Assembly (NCBI RefSeq): GCF_963921235.1
Contig: NC_086097.1
Location: 14,198,001 to 14,262,000 of the forward strand
DNA length: 64,000 nt
DNA from: Mobula hypostoma
Lineage: Eukaryota
Reading direction: 5' to 3'
Part shown: positions 10,419 to 22,409 of the stretch, in pieces
How the letters are laid out: each line of letters opens with the position of its first letter
Position numbering within the stretch: position 1 is the stretch's first letter
Notes under the pieces: model-generated
Seen by the model: the letters and a program-made list of their open reading frames with translations, nothing else
Databases searched by the model: none
Told to the model about the DNA's origin: nothing
Program-made: the position numbers and the translations under genes

Positions 10419-13337
10419 GATAACTAATTGAATTGGTTTAGCACAACATAGTGGGCTGAATGGCCTGTTGCTGTGCTGTACTGTTCTACATTTCTGTTCA
10501 CTGAATTATGGGTGGAAAGGGTAAAATTATGAATTGAGGGCTAAATATCTGTTTGTGGCAATTTTCATTAGTAAACACTTTTGTTCTCCATAATTCTGTC
10601 TTTAAAACCTTTAAAAATATGAGCTAACTTTTGAAGAACTATTTTACAAATTAGCATTCTCAAGAAAACTTTCTGATTCACGTACCTGTCTAATAGTCTT
10701 ACAATTAAAACATTTCAAATGTTTCAATGGTTCAATTTTCAGAGAATGCATACAGTACACAACCTGACATTCTTACTCTTTGCAGACATCCACGAAACAA
10801 AATGGCAGAAACATCAAAAGCCCAAAGCCCGCCATCCTCCCACGCAAAAACAGCAGCAGCATCAACCCTCCCCCTACCCCCACTTGTGCCAACAGAAGCA
10901 CCGAACCCTCCACCCCCACCCCCCGCCATGCAAGCAATAACAAAAACCCCTCAAAGAGACCTTGACCTAGAATCCATCAAAAGTTACAGTCTGTAACCCA
11001 GACTTTGGTATCTCAGAGAGATTCAGTCTCTCCAGAAAGGGGAGAAAGACCGCTCCTTCAACAATGAGAAATGGAGACCAGCAATGCGTGGTTCTGATGT
11101 TGCACTTAAATAGGTATTTGGATGGGAGAAATTTATGTGCCAGGTTCAGGCAAATGGGACCATCTCAGGGAGGTAACTTGGTCAATATGGAGAGAGTAGG
11201 CCCAAGGGCCTGTAGCCATAGTATAAGAAGAGAGCTAGGTTGAGACAAATGGACATTATAAGTCTGTTTCAGACTATTTAAGCCAAAGAAGGACCAGTCT
11301 TCATTGTGAGCAGTACACAGAATAAACTGACTCTGAACTTGTGTGTAACTGTCTGGCCATGAATGCAGAGTTAGCATCACTGGCCCTTTTCAAGATCTTT
11401 CTTGGGCATCAGCTGGTTCTTTTGTGAATGAACAGCCACTGCCACTATGCAGACCAGTCTAATGCAAAATCTCACTGATGGCAAACTTCGGGCAGAGCAT
11501 TTTTAAGGAGAGCTTATTGCCAGAGAAACAGCTATGTGATGGATATTCACTTCTTGGCCTGCAGGCCTCTTTCTCTTTTTTGGTTGTTTGTTAATTTTAC
11601 TTTCTAAACACAGCACCTGCCACGTATAAGATCACAAACAGATGTAAGAAAACTTCCATCTAACAGTTGCTTGATTTCTGGTTATAAAGGGAAGTTAGTC
11701 TTCAGTTCATGAAATGTAAATGGCAAGCACAAACATCTTGAGTTTAAAACAAGTATTGTCTAAATACCAGATTTGCAAATAAGCCTTGTGGATAGTAGGC
11801 ATTCCATCTGAGAGAAGAAAGATTTATCTCACTACACCTGCTTTATTACTGCTCAAGATGCAGTATAAGACAATGTGTTGTTTGCTTTGAGTTGTTTCAA
11901 ACAGATAAGCTGACTCTTAACTTGCTTGGTTTAAGGAAGCTTGCAGAATGGATGGATAACATTATTTAGCTTATTGATAACTATGACATGTTTACATTTG
12001 GAAGTTTTTATGTGCTCAAGGAAGTTAGCTTTGCAGCTTTACAGCGTTAATGGTAGCTAGCTACGATCTATATCTCCAAAAAATGCTTTTAGACCGTTGA
12101 TGTTAAGAGTAAATCTGAGGAAGTATCATATGTTTGTGAAGTCATCCAAGTGGTAAAAAAGAGTATAAAATAGAGAGCAGTTCTCTTATTAGGAGTATTT
12201 GAAGAACATCAAGAAGAATGATAGGAAGACAGGATGAATAGAATCTATTCCTCTAGCTTCAGTTTCTGTGATGGACTTCTTGCTCATCCACATCATGTTA
12301 TACCTTTTTAGCTGATAGGAATTGTACCAGTATTTTGGAAATCCTATGCTTTGTATTTTAGAAACGGTTTGCAATTCAGAAATAAACTTTTAAGATACAA
12401 ATCTTCTGAGTTTTTAATGTGTTTAAGAAATTGTGGATTCAAATGTGTATCATTGTAAATAAATGAACGGTATTTTAAACTACTTTATTTGCGGAAATTA
12501 TCTTCTCATCGGTAGGGATGAGGGACCCACCATTCAAATAGTGGTAGCTAATACTCACTGTGCAGAATAAACAGGGAAGTGAACTAGTCTTTGAAGATTC
12601 AGTAGTTACAGTATTATCTCCCTTTAGTCAGAGTACTCATGGTTATTTGTATCCGATAGGGCTTCAGGTCATTGTTTGAGTTTAGAACCTTCGCAGTCAG
12701 CAAACCCAATACAATCACGCCCAAACAGGTATGAGAACCTCACCTAAAGTGTACAGGCAAAGTTAATGGCTCTTGCTTGAAAGTACATCACTTGTCTTAA
12801 TGCAAATTTCTATGCTCCAAAACCATATTTTGTTTTGCCGATGGATTTCTAGCTTTTAAAATTTTATGGACTTCCGATTAAAAAGCAATGATGTTGAAGT
12901 AAACAGGCTTCAAAACTCCTTAAACACATCACACCATAAAAATGTGGAAGGTACTGTTAAAATGAACATACAGTATTTCCACTAAATTCTCTAATACATA
13001 AGACACATAATGCTGCACTCAGTAAATGCAAATATGTAACAGCTGAATGGGTTCGGCAAAAAAGTCAGACAGGATCCGAGAAGCACTGAATTCTCCAAAT
13101 TACTGGTCTCTGTAGACAGTGGAACAAGTTTCAAAAATATTGACTGACAATTCAGAAAACATTGTCGAAAAGTTAATACTTGCATTTATTATTAGATTAA
13201 CTTGAAAAGAAAATCAGTCAGCAAATTCATTCCTGCTGAGAACTATAGCTTAAAACTACTACTTTACAGGCTTTTTTAAAGACATATAAACTGTGCTGTT
13301 AAATTATATCTGTGCAATGTTTTACCCCTAAATATCT

Positions 13338-13553
13338 TAAACACAAGAGTTTCTGCAGATGCTGAAATCAAGAGCAACACACACAAAATGCTGGAGAAAT
13401 TCAGCAGGTCAGGCAGCACCTATGGTAAGGAGTAAAGAGTCAACGTTTCCGGCCGAAACCCAGTCCTGAGTCCCAGCCAGTAACATCAACTCTTTATTCC
13501 TTTCAATAGATGCTGCCTGACCTGCTGAGTTCCTCCCACATTTTGTGTGTGTC
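13338..13553 (-). mobile_element. Penelope pLTR fold-back element (degenerate hammerhead at centre)
   Basis: Inverted arms CACACAAAATGCTGGAGAAATTCAGCAGGTCAGGCAGC / GCTGCCTGACCTGCTGAGTTCCTCCCACATTTTGTGTG. Confidence 0.75.
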
Positions 13554-15339
13554 TCCTGTACTCAGTGCTTCGATTTATGAAAGCCAGTGTGCCAAAAGCT
13601 TTCTTTTCGACCCTATCTACCTGTGACGCCGTTTTCAATGAATTGTTGACCTATATTCCCAAATCCCTTTGTACCTCAGTCCCCTACCGTTCACTGTGTA
13701 AGACCGACCCTGGCTAGTCCTACCAAAGTGCAACACCTCACACTCATCTGTCTGTAAGTGCATCAATTTCCTCGGGGTCTTCCTGTTCCCTCCCACGTGC
13801 TAAGGATCTCTGTTTGGGAGGTTAATCAGAGCTGGTGCCTTGGTAAATGGTGGAATCTGTAGGGAGTCGATGGGAATGTGTGAAGAATAAAATGGGATTG
13901 GCGTAAATAGGTGATTGACAGTTGGTGAAAACTCAGTGGGCCAAATAATGTCTTTTTGGGTTGCGAAACTCCGTGGCTATCCAGCCTGGAAAAATGTGCT
14001 GAAGATCTAGTTTAGGATGCCTTAAGCTCTACAATTCTTTCCTTAAATCTATCGTACAAATACAAGTTGTTGTCTAGAAGAGCAAGCTGGGACACATATA
14101 AGCTATCCTAATGGGCAGAAAAATAGTATGAAATTAATAGGAAAAGCAAGTTAATAGGAGAGCCTTCAGGTGCCAGCCATTATTTACTTAAAAATAAGAA
14201 CATTCAAGTTGATGTAAAAATGTCCTTTGGGAAATGACTTACATATATTAGAGTGTTTGCGGTGAGAATTACAGGCGGGCTATTTGTTACAAAAGCAGAA
14301 TTGTGATAAAGCAGAATTGATTCGGACTGCTCAGTGCAGGTAGTATGAAAGAGAAAGACCGTGGGTTAAGAAATGAAACTTGACATGCTTCATTGCAGTG
14401 TCCAACTCCCTCTTCTACCCAAATAATTACTTCCCCCTTCTTATAACAATCAAGCACCCTGATAAATGAAAATAACTACATTTTAATTGGGCTCAATTCT
14501 TTTCCTACATTCAGTACCATGAATGAAGATACTCTCCAATTTCGCATGGTATCAACCTCACTCACAAGGCAAGGAATGAAAAGCCACTACTTTGGTATAT
14601 TGGGTTGGCATTTCCTAGCTTGTGATTAAGTCACTTTGTATGCAATTGAGTACATTAAACCATGCTGACTGTGCCTGATCATTACAGTTAAGCATAAAGT
14701 TCAGGTTTCATACAGTTATACTGCACAGAGACAGTCTCTTCTGCCCAACTTGTCTATGCCAACTAAGACGTCTATCAGAGCTACCCATGACAACCAAGCA
14801 TCTGTCTGGTTATTGAGCATCCATATATTGCTTTGATTTCCAGCTTCTGTAGACTTCCTTTTGTTTGTCAAGCATCTGTCTGAGTTAGTCCCATTTCCCT
14901 GCATTTAGTCTGTATCCTGTTCAGCCTTTTCTAACCAGGTACCTGTCTAGATGTCTCTTAAACATTGTCATTCTATTCCACATTTACCACTTCCTCTTGC
15001 GGCTTATTCCATATATTCATCACCACCTGCATGAGAAGGTTACCCCTTGGGTCCCCTTTAAAATCTTTCCCCTCGCACCTAAAATCTATGCCGTCCAGTT
15101 TTAGACTGCCCTACTCTGGGGAAAGCACTGTGACCGTCCTCACATTTTACATACTGTATCTCTGTAAGGTCAAACAATAGTGGAATACAGAACCAGCCCT
15201 TCAGCCCACCGAGGTCATGATCATCAAGCATTATTTGTACCAGGTCCATTTCCTGTATTACTTCTAATCTGGTCTTCTTAATTTCCTCTTTTTTTCTGAT
15301 TTTCTTCGCTATTATTAAGCTTATACACTACTGCAAATA

Positions 15340-16125
15340 TTTCGGAATATGTGTAGCTCAGGTGTTTGATGGTTAAGTTGAATTGTTCTCCGACCTTGGC
15401 AATTTCCTTGCAAAGGTTTCATCACCATACGAGGAGACATCATCAGTGCGCTGTTAATTGTGGTGTGTCTCCCGAATGCTTGGCCTTTATGAATATCTTG
15501 GAAATGATGGCCTGACTGCTCCAAAAACATAGAATTTTGGTTGTGCATAAGCCAACAGCAATGTTAAGGAGAGTACTGTCCAGACCAGATGAAAGAACCA
15601 AGCTATTGGTCAAGACCAATGCAGTCCACAAAATCCAAAGTGGGGACTTCAGCAAATACTGAGTTGGCCAGACTGGAAGGAAACTATCCACAAGGATCAA
15701 TTGGCCGAAAAGCAGCATGACCAACTCTCCCGAGGTTCTACCCATGAAGACCGAGAGGGGCACAAATTCAACTGGGCATCAGTGAAAGTCATGGTGCAAG
15801 AAAAAATGCTGCATGCAAGAGAACTCCTAGAAGTGTGGTTTTCAACGAACAATTCTGTAAACAAACATGTAGAGCGCGATCCTATTTGTGAGCCAATGCG
15901 GACAAGATTCCAGACTATAATGTGCAAAGTTCACCACCCATCCAACGAGCGACAAGATTTCCTCCCTATGTCAAAACTGAGTTTCTGAAATGACACCCAC
16001 TCAGCTGATTGATAAGTATTCGAGGCCAAGCATTCGGAGGATGCACCACAATTAACAGCGCACCGATGATGTCTCCTCATGTGGTGACACAACATTTGCA
16101 AGTAAATTGCCAAGATCAGAGAACA
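15340..16125 (+). mobile_element. Penelope-like (Poseidon-type) element: decayed GIY-YIG endonuclease flanked by inverted pLTRs
   Basis: Translation gives KTNAVHKIQ..KY*VGQTGRKLSTRI and HEDREGHKFNWASVKV...ARELLEVWFS.NNSVNKHV (ORF 15701-15988). Inverted repeats lie at ~15385-15490 and ~16020-16125. A hammerhead core is on the minus strand at 15409-15450. Confidence 0.8.
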
Positions 16126-16164
16126 TCTCCATTCATACTCTATTTTTCTAGCCAGTTTAACTTA

Positions 16165-16930
16165 GAACATAGAACATCACAGCAAACTATGGACCTCTCC
16201 GCCCATGTTATTGTACTGACATATATAAACCTATTCCACAATCAATCTAACCCAGGGATTTCCAACCTGGAGTCCATGGACCCCTTAGTTACTGGTATGG
16301 GTCTATGACATAAAATGGTTGGGAACCCCTGATCTAACTCTTCCTTCCTACACAGCCAATAAACCTTCATTTTTCTTACAATAACATGCCTATCTAAGAG
16401 TCTCTTAAATGTCCCTGATGTATCATCCTTTACTAGCTCCCCTAGCAGTTCAATCCATGCACTAACCATTTTTTGTGTAAAAAACCCTATTTCTGACATC
16501 AACCCTAAACGTTCTTCTACTCATATTAAATGTATGTCCTCTAGTACTGGCAATTGCTTCTAAGAAGAAAATGTACAAGTTCTTCCTTCTATCAATGCCT
16601 CTCATAACCATATACCGCTCTGTCAAGTTGTCTGTTATCCTCTGTTGCTTCAAAGAGAAAAGCCCAAGTTTGCTTAAACTTTCTTTGTAAGATATGTTCT
16701 CTATTCCAGGAAGCATCCTGGTAAATCTCCTCTGCACTCTCACTAAAGCTTCCACATCCATCCTGTAATGAGGTGAACACAATACTCCAAGTGTGATCTA
16801 ACCAGAGTATTACAGAGCTGCAATATATCCTTGTAGCTCTTGAACACAATCCCCTGTCTAATGAAGGCTAACTCAGCATATACCTTCTTAACCACTTTGT
16901 TCGGCAATTTTGAGGGATCCATGGACTTGG
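16165..16930 (-). mobile_element. CR1 LINE 3' fragment
   Basis: LVRSHLEYCV and ALVRVQRRFTRMLPG appear in frameshifted ORFs. It has an (AGAACAT) tail. Confidence 0.85.
16253..16331. mobile_element. 79-bp hAT (Charlie-like) MITE nested in a CR1 3' UTR
   Basis: TIRs are CAGGGATTTCCAACC / GGTTGGGAACCCCTG. The 8-bp TSD is ATCTAACC / ATCTAACT. Confidence 0.8.
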
Positions 16931-18117
16931 ACCTCACAACCTTCCTGCTCCTACAACTTGTCTACTTATATTCAAACCAGAAATCATTATCTCAAAGGAA
17001 GGTGGGTCACAGTGGGCCATTTCTCTCACTGTCCTCACACCTCAATTCAGTAAGATCATGGTTGATCTTGTACCTCAGCATCTCTCTCCTTCTCTATCCC
17101 CATGTCCCTTGCTTCCTTTAAGATCTAAAATTCTTTGACTCTCAGATTTCAATTAAATTGGCTATTGAGCAACAGCAGCCATTTTGAGTAGAGAATTTCA
17201 TACATGAATCATTCATACGGATGGAGAGATTTCTTTTCATCTCAGTTAGGAAGGGCCAACCCTTTATCCTGAGACAACCATTTATCATTCTGAGCACTCC
17301 GGGCATGAACTTTCCATGTTCCATTCTTCTAAATTCAAAAGAATGTTGTCCCAATTAACGTAATGTCTTTACTCAGGCCAAACCTCCTATCCAGGCCTCA
17401 GATTAGTGAAAGACAAACAGTCTGAACGGTTAGAAGTGTAGTTATGCTTAGATCTTGAAGCACTGTCTTAATAAAATATTTTACAGGATGATAATAAAAG
17501 AGGTCATACTTTTAATAAGTGCTTTTGTGAATTCAGTCAGAGGAAGGCTAAGTAGGAAAAAATACAGCATTTGATGGTTGAATGTTCTTCAGTGGCTCTA
17601 TTAATAAATGGAATCTTCAAAGCATATCGGAGCCAAATCATTAATTAAGCCATTGATTCAGATTCAGGTTTATTAATAAAGTAGATGCAAACCTGCAGTG
17701 AGGTGAGTCATTTGTGTTAACAACCAAGCCAGCTTGTGATGTGCTGGGGCAGTCCACAAGTGTCGCCTCACACAGCATGCCCACACTGCCCGGCAAATAG
17801 CGCAGAACATAACAAAACGGAACACAACAAGCAACAAAAAGTCAACAGCAAAATCAAACCCCTTTCCTCCCTCCCACTTACCCATCCACACACATGGACA
17901 ATCCTTCAACTCCAGGACTCCAGTCTCCAGTCTCCAGGCTTTGGCCATCGGGCTTCAAATTTTGGACTATCCATCGACCTATCTTATCCCTTGGACCAGC
18001 TGATGACAGGACCCGAAGCTCCACACTCGGACACCAGGCCAGCCCTCATGCTCCCTGTTCGCAGGAATATCCGATCCCAGGACGCATCAAACTGGGATAG
18101 TCTGATATCCAGAGATA

Positions 18118-18520
18118 TCATAGAAACATAGAAACCTACAGCACGAAACAGGCCTTTTGGCTCACAATGCTGTGTCGGACATGTACTTACTTTAGAAATT
18201 ACCCCGGGTTAGCCATAGCCTTCTATTTTTCTGAGCTCCACGTATCAATCCAGGAGCCCCTTAAAAGACCCTATTGTATCTACCTCCACCACAGTCACCA
18301 GCAGCCCATTCCACGCACTCACCACTCTGTGTAAAAAACTTACCCCTGACATCTCCTCTGTACCTACTTCCAAGCACCTTAAAACTATGCCCTCTCATGT
18401 TAGTCATTTCAGCCCTGGGAAAAAGCCTCTGATTATCCACACAGTCAATGCCTCTCATCATCTTTTATCAGGACACCTTTCAATCTCTGTCAGGACACCT
18501 CTCAATCTCTGTCACTCCAA
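18118..18520 (-). mobile_element. CR1 LINE 3' fragment
   Basis: ORF 18261-18461 reads RGHSFKVLGSRYRGDVRGKFFTQ. It has a (CATAGAAA)n tail. Confidence 0.85.
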
Positions 18521-19019
18521 GGAGGATGAGAGGTGATCTTCACCAGCCATTCACTTTGCTGGCCTTCGAACATGAAGCTTAAGCCAAAGCTCCTAATGTC
18601 CTCGTCAATGCATCCACATCACTGAATTTTGAACACTTGACCTTTAACTCCTCCACATCCCTGTCCCTAAACCTAAACCTGTCATGACTCCGAACTCCCC
18701 TTCTGTCCCCTTTGGTCTGGTCACACGTACCAAATACAGTGCAAAACTTAGCTTGCATACTGGTGGCCAAGTTGTTGTTTTATTTAAGGCAGAGGTTGAT
18801 AGATTCTTGCTTAGTCATGGCATAAAGGGATACGGGGAGAAGACAGGAGATTGAGGCTGAGAGGGAAATGGATCAGCCATGATGAAATGTTGGAGTAGAC
18901 TCGATGGGCCGAATGGCCTAATTCTGCTCTTATATCTTATGGTTTTATTGTACAGATCAAATCATTACACAGTGCATTGAACTAGAACAAGGTAAAACAA
19001 TAACATTGCAGAATAAAGT

Positions 19020-19820
19020 CAAACATGTACTCCTTTCCTTGCATCTTCGGAAACAGCTCTATATCCACCTTTAATATCCTTATTTTTCCCTTTCAGTGTT
19101 CTTTTGAAGACCCTGACCTGGAGTTACACGTAGGCTTCTGTTCTTAGCAGGGATGGGAATGGGACCTGTTCTCAGGGTTCCACGACTGGCCATTATTCGA
19201 CATGCCAAGGGTTTGGTCTGAAAGTCTCGATCATGTTTGGAAGCCTGAGATCTCAGGGCTCTGGAGACGGGCGGATCGAGGGTCGGTGTCACGGCAGGAG
19301 ACTTGTGTCGGGGAGGCCGGAAAATCTTTTGCTGTGGGCCCGAAGACACGAGGTCTTTGTGATCTTCGGACACAGAGCTCGAAAAAAGCAATGAAGCGGA
19401 CTTATAACATTGTAAACCAGTGGGTTGTTGTTATGTCTCCTGCTCGCTGTGAAAATGGGGGACACCTCCCTCTCTCTTGCCAGGGGGAGAGAGAACCTAT
19501 GGTTTGTCGAATGTTGGATGAAATGCGAAGCCTTTGGGGTAACTTTGATCTGTGTCTTTGCTATTGCTTAGCACATGCTTGGGCTCAGAGACGGTACCGA
19601 TGTGCCTTTCTTTTGCTGGTGGGGGGAGAAGGGATCGTTGGTTGCTGCTGCTTACACGTGGGAGGGGGAACTGGGGGGGGGTACTTTGGGGTTCTCACAT
19701 TTAACTGTTGTTCATTCTTTGGGGCACTTCTCTGTTTTCGTGGATGTTTGCGAAGAAAAAGCATTTCAGGATGTATATTGTATACATGTCTCTGACATTA
19801 AATTCGACCTTTGAACCTTT
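19020..19820 (+). mobile_element. ~800-bp non-autonomous retroelement with (TTTGAACC) tail
   Basis: The TSD is GAATAAAGT (19011-19019 and 19821-19829). The body is CpG-rich and the tail reads ATTAAATTCGACCTTTGAACCTTT. ORF 19202-19795 has no recognisable domain. Confidence 0.6.
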
Positions 19821-20334
19821 GAATAAAGTATAAGAGCTACCAAGAGAATGCAGTGGTGGCAAATGATAATCTGCAAGATTATAATGAGGTAAGTTTGTGA
19901 GGCCAGAACTCCATCTATGGTACAAATCTGATAACAGTGGAATGAATAGAAGCTTTCCGTGAGCCTGGTTGTATGTGCTTTCAGGTTTTTGTATCTTCTT
20001 CCTGTTGGGAGGAAGGAGATGAGAGAATTTCTGAGGTGGGTAGTGTAGAGGCTGACGACTTCAATTAACAAATCGCAAGGACAAATCATAAAAATCCAAC
20101 CAATTTTCTGATTACATTTAATTAGGCAAACCTCCCACCTCTACTAAATGAGGTCTACGAGATGGATCTCAATTGGCAGCAATGAAGAATGGATCCACAG
20201 CTGTTTAAGCTGCACTAAATCCCTGACATCCCTGAACACACTATCAAATGCAGAATTCATAACTTGCTGGCATACCCGGATGTTGCGCTGTTGCATTTTC
20301 TGTGGAGTGTAGGTTTGCTGAGATTCAACAACAA

Positions 20335-20955
20335 GATCTGTCGGGCACGTTGGTTCCATCCACAAAAGCAACATTTCCCCATGGCCAACCATTTCAATTC
20401 CTATCCCCATTCCCATTCCTGAGAGTAGCCTGCTCTACCGCTACGACAAGGCCGCTCTCGGGTTGGAGGAGCAACACATCATGTTCCATCTGGGGAGGGC
20501 GAAACATGAAGGTATGAACATCAATTGCTCCAACTTCCAGTAATTGTTTGCCTTCCACCTCCCTCTTCTCCAATATGGCCCCCCACTCTGGTCCCCACTT
20601 ACCTCTTCTCTTCTCACCTGCCTATCACCTCACATTGGTGCCCATCCTCCTTCCTTTCTCCCAAGGTCATCCTCCTCTCCAATCAGATTTCTTCTTCTTC
20701 AGCCCTTTATCTTTTCCTCCTATCACCTCCCAGCTTTTGATTTCGTACTCCATCCCCCACCATTCTGGCTTCACCTATCAGCTTCTGGCTTGTACACCTT
20801 CCCCACCCCAGCCCCCCCACCTTCTTATTCAGGCATTTACCCCTTTCTTATACAGTGCTGATGAAGGGTCTTAGCCTGAAACATTGACAATCTATTCATT
20901 TCCATAGATGCTATCAGACCTGCCAAGTTCCTCCAGCATTTTGTGTGTGTTGCTC
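20335..20955 (+). mobile_element. Penelope-like (Neptune-type) endonuclease C-terminus plus pLTR
   Basis: Remnants PMANHFNS...LEEQHIMFHL are readable. A degenerate hammerhead CTGATGAAGGGTCTTAGCCTGAAACATT lies at ~20858. Confidence 0.8.
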
Positions 20956-21057
20956 ATGATCTGTCTCCTTACGTGATTCAGCTACACATCACTGTATTGA
21001 CTTAACAGTCATGTAACAAAGTAAAATCTTCTGGATCAAAGCAAAGTGAATCAATTT

Positions 21058-21512
21058 TTATTCCGTCTGGGTAGCCTCCAACCTGATGGCATGAACATCG
21101 ACTTCTCTAACTTCCGCTAATGCCCCACCTCCCCCTCGTACCCCATCTGTTACTTATTTTTATACACGCATTCTTTCTCTCACTCTCCTTTTTCTCCCTC
21201 TGTCCCTTGAATATACCCCTTGCCCACCCTCTGGGTCCCCCCGCCCTTGTCTTTCTTCCCAGACCTCCTGTCCCATGATCCTCTCGTATCCCTTTTGCCT
21301 ATCACCTGTCCAGCTCTTGGCTCCATCCCTCCCCCTCCTGTCTTCTCCTATCATTTTGGATCTACCCCTCCCCCTCCAACTTTCAAATCCCTTACTCACT
21401 CTTCCTTCAGTTAGTCCTGATGAAGGGTCTTGGCCTGAAACGTCGACTGCACCTCTTCCTAGAGACGCTGCCTGGCCTGCTGCGTTCACCAGCAACTTTT
21501 ATGTGTGTTGCT
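21058..21512 (+). mobile_element. Penelope-like (Neptune-type) pLTR, young subfamily
   Basis: It is highly similar to 7360-7902 and starts FRLGSLQPDGMNIDFSNFR*. Confidence 0.85.
21413..21448 (+). ncRNA. Minimal type I hammerhead ribozyme, best-preserved copy
   Basis: AGTC-CTGATGA-A-GGGTC-TT-GGCCT-GAAA-CGTC-GACT. Cleavage is predicted after C21444. Confidence 0.82.
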
Positions 21513-21589
21513 GCAACTTTTAAAATCCTCCTTTTCATTTGTTCCTCCATGTGATTATGCTGCAGTGTTGAGAAATTCCCACTCGGAAT

Positions 21590-22215
21590 GTGGCAGACAC
21601 TTAATGGCACATTGGCCTTCATAAATCAAAGAACTGAGTACAGGAGTTGAGATGTTATGTTAAAGTTGCATAAGATTTTGGTGAGGTCTAATTTGGAGTA
21701 TTGTATGCAGTTCCGGTCATCTACATACAGGAAGGATATCAATAAGATTGAAAGAGTTCAGAGAAATTTTACACTTGAGTTATAGAAAGGTCAGATAGGT
21801 TAGTTTATTCCATGGAGCATAGAAGCATGATGGAAGATTTGATAGAAGTATATAAAATTATGAGTGATATAGATAGGGTAAATGCAAGAAAGAGAGCTTT
21901 TTCCACAGATGTTGGGTGAGACTAGAACTAGAGGTCATGGTTTAAGGGTAAAAGATGAAGTGTCTGAGGGGAACATAAGAGGGAATTTCTTCACTCTGAG
22001 GGTGGTGAGAGTGTGGAATGAGCTGCCAGTGGAAGTGGTGGATGCTGGTTCGATTTCAACATTTAAGAGATGTTTGGATAAGTACATGGATGGGAGAGGT
22101 ATGGAGGTCTATGGTCCAAGTGCAAGTCGATGGAACGAGACAGAATAATGGTTTAGCATGGACTAGATGGGCTAAAGGTCTTGTTTCTGTGTGGTAGTGC
22201 TCTATGACTCTATGA
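21590..22215 (+). mobile_element. CR1 LINE 3' fragment
   Basis: ORF 21882-22148 reads TRGHGLRVK...GNFFTLRVVRVWNELP. It has a (CTATGACT)n tail. Confidence 0.85.
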
Positions 22216-22409
22216 CTAGGCATGGAATCCAAGATCCCATTGACACTAATGGAGTCTGTAGGTCTTTGGAAGAGGGTGCTATGATCTCTTTCTTAATTAT
22301 TTCAAATTAGCTTAACTATTTGTAAATATTTTATGCATTTTGTTAGCATTTAGCATTTTTTAAATAACTCTTCATTATTAGTCATGTAAATACAGTTAAA
22401 ATCCCTCCC

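Noticed and set aside
19202..19795. 197-aa ORF
   Set aside because: It lies within a TSD-bounded repeat, has no recognisable domain and runs through low-complexity G tracts.
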